Below are positions 27,939 to 36,228 of a stretch of 64,000 nucleotides of DNA, in pieces. A program made the translations under genes and the position numbers. This DNA is from Clostridia bacterium (lineage in GTDB: Bacteria; Bacillota; Clostridia; Christensenellales; CAG-138). The notes under the pieces were generated by a model, which saw only the letters and a list, made by a program, of their open reading frames with translations, ran no database searches and was not told the DNA's origin. The DNA lies in the NCBI GenBank assembly GCA_030527165.1, contig JAUNBH010000003.1:20028-84027 (forward strand), written 5' to 3'. Each line of letters starts with the position of its first letter. Positions within the stretch are counted from its first letter, which is position 1.

Positions 27939-29215
27939 TGCTTTGACTCCTTTCGGATGAGCAGCAGCGTGGGTATCACGGCGAATACGAGCGCGATAGC
28001 GGCAGCCAAAAACACGGCGGAAGTCGGAACTGTCTTTACCACGCCCAGTTCCACATAGGTGCGGGGATTGCTTTCAATCACCGCAGCGCCTATGAACGGT
28101 CCTATGACCATGGGCAGCATTACTGCGAATATCATGCGAATACCCTGGAACATACCTGCCTTGCCCTGAGGAGTCTTGTCGCGCACGATGGCGGTCACGA
28201 CGGCGGTAACGAGCATGTAACCGGACATGAGTATGGAGCCCGCGACCGTGACGAACACCGCATCCGCAGCGAAGTACATGAGTATGAGCCCCACGAGCAT
28301 TATGCCGATACAGGGGAGTATGCAGCGCAGTTTCCCGATGCGGTCTATGGCGCCGCCGCACGCCACGCTGACTACGGATGCGAATATCAGCGCGATGCCG
28401 AGTATCAACGCGTAATCCGCAATGCCCAAGCCATGCTGGATGTACACAATGAAGTACGGAAAGAATATCTGCACCGCAATGGACACTGCCAGGCCAACGC
28501 CGAGTGCGATGTAGAGCGAGCGGTTTTGCGATATGACAGAGGGCTTAAAGCCGTACAGCACGTCTGCGAGCAGTGGGCCGCGCTTGCGCTCGGTTCTCAC
28601 ATCGCGCAGTAGGAATGCGGAAGCTATTCCGGTCAGGGTGACCAACGCGCCGAATATGAGGAAGAACGTCTGCCAATCGCCCCGCTGTGTCATGCCGTCA
28701 AAGCCGCCGAATATGATGAGCATGGATATTAGCGGCAGTATGGCGAGCACCGATTCCACCCTCGCTCTGTTCGATTCGCCGGTGGTGTCCGTGACGTAGG
28801 CGTTAAACGCCGCGTCGTTTGCGGTAGACCCGAAGAACGTCATGACGCAGTCCATTATTATGACTGCCCAGGCAGCCATTGCCGCGGCATTTGCCGCGGG
28901 GAACAGCGTGGCGACATTGTCTGTGGATATAAACGCGAAGCCGAGCGTGGACAGTCCCCAAAGTATATAGCCCACGCATATGAACGGCTTGCGCCTGCCC
29001 GCCCTGTCGGATACGGCGCCCATGAAGAGCGTCGTGACGGTTGCGGCGACCGCAGAGGCGGCCACCATTATGGCGATGTAGGACGGGTCTGTCGTAATGG
29101 TATTGTAGAGAAACACGTTAAAATACATGTTCTCAATAGTCCAGGCGAGTTGTCCTGCCAGACCCAGCAGCACGAACGACGCCCATAACCTCGGCGTGAG
29201 CCCTTTGCCTTTCAT
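27935..29215 (-). CDS. MFS transporter (probable glycoside/sugar symporter)
   Basis: About 12 TM helices with an MFS loop motif (GAVSDRAGRRKPF). I preferred ATG 29215, which lies 6 nt after GGAGG, over GTG 29221. Confidence 0.8.
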   Translation of the reverse strand: MKGKGLTPRLWASFVLLGLAGQLAWTIENMYFNVFLYNTITTDPSYIAIMVAASAVAATVTTLFMGAVSDRAGRRKPFICVGYILWGLSTLGFAFISTDNVATLFPAANAAAMAAWAVIIMDCVMTFFGSTANDAAFNAYVTDTTGESNRARVESVLAILPLISMLIIFGGFDGMTQRGDWQTFFLIFGALVTLTGIASAFLLRDVRTERKRGPLLADVLYGFKPSVISQNRSLYIALGVGLAVSIAVQIFFPYFIVYIQHGLGIADYALILGIALIFASVVSVACGGAIDRIGKLRCILPCIGIMLVGLILMYFAADAVFVTVAGSILMSGYMLVTAVVTAIVRDKTPQGKAGMFQGIRMIFAVMLPMVIGPFIGAAVIESNPRTYVELGVVKTVPTSAVFLAAAIALVFAVIPTLLLIRKESKQ

Positions 29216-29293
29216 AAGCACCCTCCGGCGATTGATATAGATGTAATAGGATTATACTATAAGTCAGCGCGCTTTTGGGCGCAATGTTGAGCT

Positions 29294-29321
29294 TTGACCG
29301 GCAAGATGGCTGTGGTATAAT
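29294..29321 (+). promoter_or_regulatory. Candidate sigma-A promoter (extended -10)
   Basis: TTGACC (29294-29299), 16 nt spacer, then TGgTATAAT (TATAAT 29316-29321). Confidence 0.55.
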
Positions 29322-29371
29322 CACCTGTGATTATCAGCCGGCGTATTGCCGGCGAGCGACGGAGGGCAAAC

Positions 29372-30397
29372 ATGGAATACGTAATCGAGCAGTTAAAGCG
29401 TATAATGGCGATACCGAGCCCCAGCGGGTACACAGATCGCGCTGCGAATTATATCCGCGAGGAGTTGGCGGGCATGGGCTATGGCGCATGGCTGACGAAC
29501 AAGGGCGGGGTTATGGCATGCCTTGGCGGAGACGGCGATCCGCTGATTTTCAGCGCGCACATAGATACGCTGGGCGCTATGGTGGCGGAGATCAAGTCAA
29601 ACGGGAAATTGCGCGTGGTGTCCGTGGGCGGGCTAAACCCGTACAATACCGAGGCGGAGAATTGCGTCGTGCATTGTCGGCTCAGCGGCGCGCAGTACGA
29701 AGGTACGCTTCAACTCAACAACGCGTCTATACACGTCAACCGCGAGTATGCGAGCACAAAGCGCGAGTTTAAGAACATGGAAGTCGTGCTGGACGCGGAG
29801 AGCGATTCCGCGGAAGCGGCGGCGGCGCTTGGTATAAGCGTAGGCGACTTTGTTAGCTTTGACCCGCGCATTGTAGTCACGGACTCGGGTTACATCAAGA
29901 GCCGCTTTCTGGACGACAAGCTGAGCGCGGCGATACTGCTGGGCTATGCAAAGCGCATCGCGGATGGGCGCGCCGCGCTAAAGCGCAAGGTTTACCTGTA
30001 CTTCACGGTGTATGAGGAGGTCGGTCACGGCTGCGCGGGCGCGATTCCACCGGACGCCGTGGAGATAGTCAGCGTTGATATGGGCTGTGTTGGGGACGGT
30101 CTCACCTGCACCGAGAGGCAGGTGTCCATATGCGTTGCAGACTCGCATGGGCCGTACAATTACGCCGTGACGACCGCGCTCATGCGCTGTGCAAAAGAAC
30201 GCGGCATAGACTATGCGGCGGATGTGTACCCGATGTACGGCTCCGATGCGGAGGCGGCGCTGTATGCCGGCCACGAGCTGCGCCACGGGCTGATAGGCCC
30301 CGGCGTATATGCTTCGCACGGCTATGAGAGATCTCATATTAGCGGCGCGAAGCACACTCTGGAGCTCATAGAAGCGTACACGCTGGAACAGAACTGA
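29372..30397 (+). CDS. M42-family aminopeptidase (glutamyl aminopeptidase/FrvX-like)
   Basis: Begins MEYVIEQLKRIMAIPSPSGYTDRAANYIREEL, then ...SAHIDTLGAMV. GGAGGG SD. Length 341 aa. Confidence 0.85.
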   Translation: MEYVIEQLKRIMAIPSPSGYTDRAANYIREELAGMGYGAWLTNKGGVMACLGGDGDPLIFSAHIDTLGAMVAEIKSNGKLRVVSVGGLNPYNTEAENCVVHCRLSGAQYEGTLQLNNASIHVNREYASTKREFKNMEVVLDAESDSAEAAAALGISVGDFVSFDPRIVVTDSGYIKSRFLDDKLSAAILLGYAKRIADGRAALKRKVYLYFTVYEEVGHGCAGAIPPDAVEIVSVDMGCVGDGLTCTERQVSICVADSHGPYNYAVTTALMRCAKERGIDYAADVYPMYGSDAEAALYAGHELRHGLIGPGVYASHGYERSHISGAKHTLELIEAYTLEQN

Positions 30398-30404
30398 GGG
30401 TCGC

Positions 30405-30437
30405 GGCGCGCAGGACATAGTCCGCGCGCCGTTTTTT
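30405..30437 (+). terminator. Rho-independent terminator
   Basis: GGCGCGC(A)GGAC/GTCCGCGCGCC stem followed by T6 (30432-30437). Confidence 0.8.
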
Positions 30438-30469
30438 GAAGACTGTGACAAAAATGAAACATTATATAT

Positions 30470-30498
30470 TTGCATTCAGTATACGACTCAACTATAAT
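30470..30498 (+). promoter_or_regulatory. Sigma-A promoter of the ABC-exporter leader
   Basis: TTGCAT (30470-30475), 17 nt spacer, then TATAAT (30493-30498). Confidence 0.6.
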
Positions 30499-30529
30499 AC
30501 TCCCAGTATTGCGAAAGGAGGTCGCCCGT

Positions 30530-30619
30530 ATGGCATTTGTAGTGAAGCTTGGTAGTTATCAAAGTGGCGCTGCCCGTATGCCCGTATGCGGCAGACCATC
30601 CATCACCCTTCGCGCGTAG
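30530..30619 (+). CDS. Candidate 29-codon leader peptide (MAFVVKLGSYQSGAARMPVCGRPSITLRA)
   Basis: My own translation; the ORF is below the track's length cut-off. A strong SD, AAAGGAGG (30514-30521), lies 8 nt before ATG 30530. The stop TAG (30617-30619) sits inside the first arm of downstream pairing segments. Confidence 0.4.
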   Translation: MAFVVKLGSYQSGAARMPVCGRPSITLRA

Positions 30620-30669
30620 ACCGTGCGGGGGGACGAGTAAGGCTACGGGCATCCGTGGTCTATTTTTTT
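30572..30669 (+). promoter_or_regulatory. Attenuator-like structured leader ending in a U7 tract
   Basis: Mutually exclusive complementarities are present. ATGCCCGTA (30578-30586) pairs with TACGGGCAT (30644-30652). AGACCA (30593-30598) or TAGACC (30617-30622) pairs with TGGTCTA (30656-30662). T7 follows at 30663-30669. Confidence 0.45.
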
Positions 30670-30707
30670 CGGAGCTTTTGCTCCGATAGGGGGGTGAAAA
30701 CACGATT

Positions 30708-32558
30708 ATGGACGAAAGAGTCAAAGCCAAAAAGCAGGCGTTCAATTTCAAGCTGCTCAGCTACTTTATGAAGGGCTCGTGGAGATACCTGTTGCTGGGC
30801 GCGGTGTTCATGCTATTGGCAGTACTCATGGGCTATGCGAGGCCTTTCATAGTCAGCTTTACGGTTGACTACGTCATAGGCGGCATTGAAGAGACGGATA
30901 TGCCGGCGTTCCTGCGCAGTTGGTTGGACGCGTCGGGCGGCAGGGACTTCATAGTGGAGCACTTTGTGCTGTGCGCAGTCGCGCTGGTAGTCTGCCAGTT
31001 GATAAACGCCACGGCGATACACTTCAGGGGGAGAACCGTGGGTGAAGCGGCGGAGGGCACGGCGAAGCGCATGCGCGACGAGCTGTACCGCCATCTGCAG
31101 CTGGTACCGTACGACTATCACAAGCACGTTTCAACGGGCGACCTGATACAGCGCTGCACGTCGGACGTGAACACGGTGCGCAACTTCATCGCCAACCAGA
31201 TGCTCGAGATAATGCGGACCGTTTCCATGATACTGGTGGCGGGCATTGTGATGTACTCACTCAATCTCGAGATGGCAATTGCCTCTACGATAATGCTGCC
31301 GTTCCTGTGCGTGGCTTCGTTTGTATACTTCCGCGGCGTAAAGCGCCAGTTTACCATCTCGGACGAGGCGGAGGGCAAGCTCTCAGCTACGCTTCAGGAG
31401 AATCTCACCGGCATGCGTGTGGTAAGGGCGTTTGGCCAGGAGGCGAGTGAGGTAGAGAAGTTTACGTCGGATAACAAGACATTCCGCGACGAGACGTACA
31501 GACTGATGAAGATGCTCTCGACCTACTGGGGAATGTCTGACGCGCTGGGCTACACTCAGATAGCCATATCGCTGTGCTACGGCTGCTTCATGTGCGCTTC
31601 CGGGGAATTGACGCTCGGCAATCTGTTGCTGTTCAGCACATACACGAGCATGCTGACGTGGCCGGTACGCCAGCTCGGGCGCGTCCTCGCGGACATGGGC
31701 AAGGCGACGGTGTCCCTGGGCAGGTTGGACGAGATACTAAGCCACCCCGTCGAGCGAGAGACCGGCAGGGCTTTGACGCCCGAGATAAAGGGCGAAATAG
31801 AGTTCAAGGACGTCTGCTTCGGCTACGATACCTACGACGACGTACTAAAAGACATAAGCTTCCGGGTAACGCCCGGTCAGACCGTCGCAATACTCGGTTC
31901 GACCGGCTCCGGCAAGTCGAGTCTCGTACAGCTGCTGCAGCGCCTCTACACCTGTACCGCGGGCAGCATAACGATTGACGGCATCGACATAAACGACATA
32001 GAGAGCGCGCACCTGAGGCGCAGCATAGGCATAGTGCTGCAGGAGCCGTTCCTCTATTCGAGGTCGATAATGGATAACATACGCATTATAAACCCCGCCG
32101 CATCGGACGAAGAGGTATTTAACGCGTCCAAGGTCGCGGCTCTGCACGACGTCGTTATGACGTTTGATAAGGGCTACGATACCATAGTCGGCGAGCGCGG
32201 CGTAACGCTCTCCGGCGGTCAGAAGCAGCGAGTCGCCATTGCGCGGATGCTCATGCAGAAGGTGCCCATACTCGTGTTTGACGACTCCATGAGCGCGGTG
32301 GACACGGAGACGGACGCCGCCATACGGGACGCGCTCAAGGCGAACAAGCAGGACAGCACCATGTTCATAATCTCGCACAGGATAACGACGCTGTGTGAGG
32401 CGGACAACATACTCGTGTTGGACGGCGGCAGGCTCGTCCAGCAGGGCACGCATGACGAGCTCATGGCGCAGGACGGTTTGTACAGGCGGATAGCGCACAT
32501 ACAGAATTTGCTTGAGGATGAGCTCAAGCAGGAGGAAGGAGGCGGCACAGATGAGTGA
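30708..32558 (+). CDS. ABC exporter half-transporter (TMD-NBD), degenerate-site subunit
   Basis: Six-TM exporter domain. Walker A GSTGSGKSS and signature LSGGQKQR are present. Walker B is ILVFDDS, with Asp in place of the catalytic Glu. Confidence 0.9.
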   Translation: MDERVKAKKQAFNFKLLSYFMKGSWRYLLLGAVFMLLAVLMGYARPFIVSFTVDYVIGGIEETDMPAFLRSWLDASGGRDFIVEHFVLCAVALVVCQLINATAIHFRGRTVGEAAEGTAKRMRDELYRHLQLVPYDYHKHVSTGDLIQRCTSDVNTVRNFIANQMLEIMRTVSMILVAGIVMYSLNLEMAIASTIMLPFLCVASFVYFRGVKRQFTISDEAEGKLSATLQENLTGMRVVRAFGQEASEVEKFTSDNKTFRDETYRLMKMLSTYWGMSDALGYTQIAISLCYGCFMCASGELTLGNLLLFSTYTSMLTWPVRQLGRVLADMGKATVSLGRLDEILSHPVERETGRALTPEIKGEIEFKDVCFGYDTYDDVLKDISFRVTPGQTVAILGSTGSGKSSLVQLLQRLYTCTAGSITIDGIDINDIESAHLRRSIGIVLQEPFLYSRSIMDNIRIINPAASDEEVFNASKVAALHDVVMTFDKGYDTIVGERGVTLSGGQKQRVAIARMLMQKVPILVFDDSMSAVDTETDAAIRDALKANKQDSTMFIISHRITTLCEADNILVLDGGRLVQQGTHDELMAQDGLYRRIAHIQNLLEDELKQEEGGGTDE

Positions 32559-34419
32559 TTACAGCTACATCGAAGAACAGGACTTTGACCAAAAAGTCGA
32601 TTTGAACATATGGAAAAAGCTGTTCGCGTACGCCATGCGCTACAAGAAGACGGTAATAGCCGCTTGTCTGTCGATGGTGTTCTGCGCGGGCATGGACATC
32701 GTTTACCCGCTGCTTACCAGATATGCGATAAACGAATTCGTGGGCAAATCGACCACGGAGGGAATACACTGGTTCATACTGATATACGCCGCGGTCATAA
32801 TCGTCCAGGCCATATGCGTCTGCTTGTTTGTCCGGCTCGCCGGCAAAATCGAGATGGGCATGGCGTACGACATACGGCAGGAGGGCTTTGTTAAGCTGCA
32901 GGAGCTGTCGTTCTCGTACTACGATAAGACGCCCGTCGGATACATCATGGCGAGAATGGTGAGCGACATAGCGCGCCTGAGTGAAATGATAGCGTGGAGC
33001 ATAGTCGACCTGCTATGGGCGCTGACGTACATGCTGGGCGTGGTCTGCGTGATATTCGTACTCAACTGGAAGCTCGCGCTCATAACCATGGTGGTCATAC
33101 CGCCCCTGGCGTTCATATGTGTATACTTCCGCAAGAAGATACTCAAGTATCAGCGCGTAGTCAGGAAGACAAACTCGCGCATCACCGGCGCGTTCAACGA
33201 GGGCATAATGGGCGCGATGACTACCAAGACGCTGGTTCGCGAGGAGCGCAACTCGACCGAGTTTGAGGACATAACGTCCGAGATGAAGCGCGCATCTGTG
33301 CGCTCGATAGTGTTGTCGCACACGTTCATGCCGCTCGTAATACTGCTGGGTTCCGTCGGTACCGCGCTCGCGCTGTACTATGGCGGCAATGCAGTGCTGC
33401 TTGAAACGCTTGGAGAGACGACTATATTCGGCATAGTGGGCTTCGGCACGCTGTCGGCCTTCATAAGCTACACTGCGGGTTTCTTTGAGCCGATACAGTC
33501 GCTTGCGAGGATATTGGCGGAGTTCCAGAGCGCCCAGGCGAGCGCGGAGCGCGTGTTGACGCTTATCAACACTCCGTGCGACGTACAGGACACGCCTGAG
33601 GCGGAGGAGAAGTACGGCGACAGTTTCAATCCCAAGCGCGAGAACTGGGAGGACATATCCGGCGACATAGAGTTTCGGCATGTCAGCTTCGCGTACAAGG
33701 AGGGCGAGCGCGTACTGGACGACTTCAATCTGCACGTACGCGCAGGCGAGAACATAGCGCTCGTGGGAGAGACGGGCGCGGGCAAGAGTACAATAGTCAA
33801 TCTCGTGTGCCGCTTTTACGAGCCCACCGAGGGCGAGATACTGATAGACGGCGAGGACTATCGCAAGCGCAGCCAGCTGTGGCTCCAGAACAGGCTGGGC
33901 TATGTATTGCAGCAGCCGCACCTGTTCTCGGGCACGATACGCGACAACATAGCGTACGCGCGCAAAGACGCGACCTTCGAGGAGATACGTGCAGCGGCGC
34001 AGACGGTGCACGCAGAGGAATTTATACTCAAGCAGGATAAGGGCTACGACACCGAGATAGGCGAGGGCGGAATACGCCTCTCGACCGGGCAGAAGCAGCT
34101 CATATCCTTCGCGAGGGTGATACTCGCGGATCCGCGCATATTCGTGCTGGACGAGGCTACGTCATCGATAGACACCGAGACGGAGCAGATAATCCAGAAC
34201 GCCACCAACATGGTGCTCAAGGGCAGGACGAGCTTCATTGTGGCGCACAGGCTCTCGACCATAAAGAACGCGGACAGGATACTCGTCATACGCAACGGGA
34301 AGATCACGGAGTGCGGCACGCACAGCGAGCTGCTCAAGCTCAGGGGCTACTACTATGACCTGTACACGACCCAGTTTAGGGAGGAGGCTTCCCGCGGCAT
34401 ACTGAACGAAGCGAAGTAG
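32551..34419 (+). CDS. ABC exporter half-transporter (TMD-NBD), consensus-site subunit
   Basis: Walker A GETGAGKST. Walker B IFVLDEATS has the catalytic Glu. The signature is deviant (LSTGQKQ). ATG 32551 follows GGAGGAAGGAGG and overlaps the upstream stop by 8 nt. Confidence 0.9.
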   Translation: MSDYSYIEEQDFDQKVDLNIWKKLFAYAMRYKKTVIAACLSMVFCAGMDIVYPLLTRYAINEFVGKSTTEGIHWFILIYAAVIIVQAICVCLFVRLAGKIEMGMAYDIRQEGFVKLQELSFSYYDKTPVGYIMARMVSDIARLSEMIAWSIVDLLWALTYMLGVVCVIFVLNWKLALITMVVIPPLAFICVYFRKKILKYQRVVRKTNSRITGAFNEGIMGAMTTKTLVREERNSTEFEDITSEMKRASVRSIVLSHTFMPLVILLGSVGTALALYYGGNAVLLETLGETTIFGIVGFGTLSAFISYTAGFFEPIQSLARILAEFQSAQASAERVLTLINTPCDVQDTPEAEEKYGDSFNPKRENWEDISGDIEFRHVSFAYKEGERVLDDFNLHVRAGENIALVGETGAGKSTIVNLVCRFYEPTEGEILIDGEDYRKRSQLWLQNRLGYVLQQPHLFSGTIRDNIAYARKDATFEEIRAAAQTVHAEEFILKQDKGYDTEIGEGGIRLSTGQKQLISFARVILADPRIFVLDEATSSIDTETEQIIQNATNMVLKGRTSFIVAHRLSTIKNADRILVIRNGKITECGTHSELLKLRGYYYDLYTTQFREEASRGILNEAK

Positions 34420-34450
34420 TAACGGCGTCTCAAGTGTATAAAAGACAGCG

Positions 34451-34475
34451 GCCCCGGCGATTTTCGTCGGGGGCG
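34451..34475 (+). terminator. Possible weak terminator hairpin
   Basis: GCCCC...GGGGC stem around a TTTT loop. There is no clear downstream U-tract. Confidence 0.3.
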
Positions 34476-34538
34476 TTGTCATATCGGGCGAACGGCAATA
34501 TAATGGTGTTACGCGGATGAAGGGAATAGATACGCAGC

Positions 34539-35813
34539 ATGATCTACAAAGACGGAGTAGCGATAGTTTTGGCAGGGGGCGGCGCGAGGGGCTCGTACCA
34601 GGTTGGCGCCATGAAGGCGCTGCGGGAGCTCGGCGTGGGGTATTCCATCGTGACCGGGACATCCGTGGGAGCGCTCAACGGCGCGGTAATGACCCTGGAG
34701 AACGGCGTAGAGCTCGCACAGGAGATGTGGATGCACATAACCACCGAGAGCGTGCTGGACTGCAGCGTGGAAGGCGACATGAGCGATCCGGCGGCGAAGA
34801 ACGCCGCGCTTCGAGTATTCGTAGCCAAGGCCATAAAGGACGGCAGCATAGACCAGTCACCGCTAAGGGAACTGCTCATGCGGGTGGTGGACGTTGACGG
34901 CGTGTACGAGTCGCCGATAGATTTCGGGCTCGTCACCGTGCATTATCCGTCGCTCGAACCGGTGTGCCTCTTTAAGGGCGATATACCGCGCGACAAGCTG
35001 ATAGATTACATGATGGCGTCGAGCGCGTGTTTTCCGGGTATGAAGACGTACACCGACGGGGGCTATTACGATAACATGCCCATAAATATGGCGCTCGACA
35101 GGGGTGCGACGGAAATAATCGCCATCAACCTGCACAGCATAGGGGTAAGCAGGTCTGTAAAGCGCCAGGATGTCAAGCTGACGGTCATAGAGCCGCACGA
35201 GGATCTGGGCATGATACTGATATTCAGCCCTGAGGTGGCGCGGCGCAACATAGCTATCGGCTACAATGACGCCATGAAGGCATACGGACGATATGACGGA
35301 TGGACATATACGTTTGAGAAGGGCAGCTTCGAGGGCGGCAAAGAGGCATTTGTTGAACTCTGCGAGCGCTTGGCGCGGCTCGCGCTGCCCCGCAACGCAG
35401 CCGGCGACGCCTTTCTCGATTTCATTGCACTGCGCTTTATCAAGCACATGGTTAAAACCACGTCGGCGAAGTACGTTCACCGGGGGTGGATTCATGTTGC
35501 GGCGGATATGGCGGGCAGGATGTTCGGGCTGGAAACCGCGCATGTGTACACGGAGCGCGAGTTCGCGCAGGAGATAAAACTCAGGCTGCTTGCGACGGAG
35601 AGTCCTGCAAAGGCGGGGGATCTGGTCGAGGCGGCGAAGTCCATAGGCGACAAGGCGATGCTTACGCGGCTGTTCTATGACGAACTGCGAAGGGGCTTGG
35701 ACGTCGGGCGTTTGAGCGCACAGGTCAGCCTTGCGGCGGGCGCCGTAATGACGCAGCTCCTGGCGGCGGCGTTTTGCGTGCTTATAGATGAGCGTTACGC
35801 GCCGCAGCTTTAG
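34539..35813 (+). CDS. Patatin-like phospholipase
   Basis: GGGARGSY oxyanion motif and the GTSVG nucleophile motif within the first 50 aa. Confidence 0.85.
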   Translation: MIYKDGVAIVLAGGGARGSYQVGAMKALRELGVGYSIVTGTSVGALNGAVMTLENGVELAQEMWMHITTESVLDCSVEGDMSDPAAKNAALRVFVAKAIKDGSIDQSPLRELLMRVVDVDGVYESPIDFGLVTVHYPSLEPVCLFKGDIPRDKLIDYMMASSACFPGMKTYTDGGYYDNMPINMALDRGATEIIAINLHSIGVSRSVKRQDVKLTVIEPHEDLGMILIFSPEVARRNIAIGYNDAMKAYGRYDGWTYTFEKGSFEGGKEAFVELCERLARLALPRNAAGDAFLDFIALRFIKHMVKTTSAKYVHRGWIHVAADMAGRMFGLETAHVYTEREFAQEIKLRLLATESPAKAGDLVEAAKSIGDKAMLTRLFYDELRRGLDVGRLSAQVSLAAGAVMTQLLAAAFCVLIDERYAPQL

Positions 35814-35838
35814 GCGCGAAAGGCATCGAAGCGGGCAT

Positions 35839-36228
35839 TCATATGGGGCGTATGCGAGTATAGGCGCATACGCCTTCGTTCTGCCATCTGCAGCCGCCGC
35901 ATACGAGCTCATAGCTTTCGAGGGATAGCGCGCCGAGCTTCGAGTTGAGCTCGTCGACTGTGCAGGCGCTTCCCGCAGTCAATTCGAGTACCGTGAGCGC
36001 GGCGGCGTCTTTTGCGGCGACATCGCATTCTCCGAGCAGGCAGCGACCGCCGCTCATGTTTGGGCAGTGCAGGCACATCTCGTCGGGCTCCGCTGCAGTT
36101 ATGATTATGCTGCGTTCGGAGCGCAGCGCGCGCGGAAGCGCGCTCACATATGCGGTAAAGCGTTCATCGTAGCCCTTGCCGACGAATTGGGCCAGGCAGA
36201 GTATGTGGTGCGCGCGCAGCCGAATCAT
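35839..36228 (-). CDS. DUF1284-like Cys-rich protein
   Basis: Begins MIRLRAHHILCLAQFVGKGYDERF (the DUF1284-type HHxLC...GKGY start). Further Cys motifs follow (CLHCPN, CGGCRW). ATG 36228 overlaps the upstream stop (ATGA). The 140-aa N-terminal extension in the track ORF overlaps the deaminase gene and is rejected. Confidence 0.65.
   Translation of the reverse strand: MIRLRAHHILCLAQFVGKGYDERFTAYVSALPRALRSERSIIITAAEPDEMCLHCPNMSGGRCLLGECDVAAKDAAALTVLELTAGSACTVDELNSKLGALSLESYELVCGGCRWQNEGVCAYTRIRPI

Noticed and set aside
30670-30685. CGGAGC-tttt-GCTCCG hairpin after the U7 tract, considered as a second terminator.
   Set aside because: It is not followed by a U-tract on either strand. It more probably forms part of the 5' UTR structure near the ABC gene SD, so I do not call it a separate feature.
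30488-30771. 61-aa (+, 30586-30771) and 87-aa (-, 30488-30751) track ORFs in the ABC-exporter leader.
   Set aside because: They have no SD. They run across the promoter, the U7 tract and the real ABC start. The composition is not protein-like. I prefer the short SD-preceded 29-codon ORF as the only plausible coding element here.
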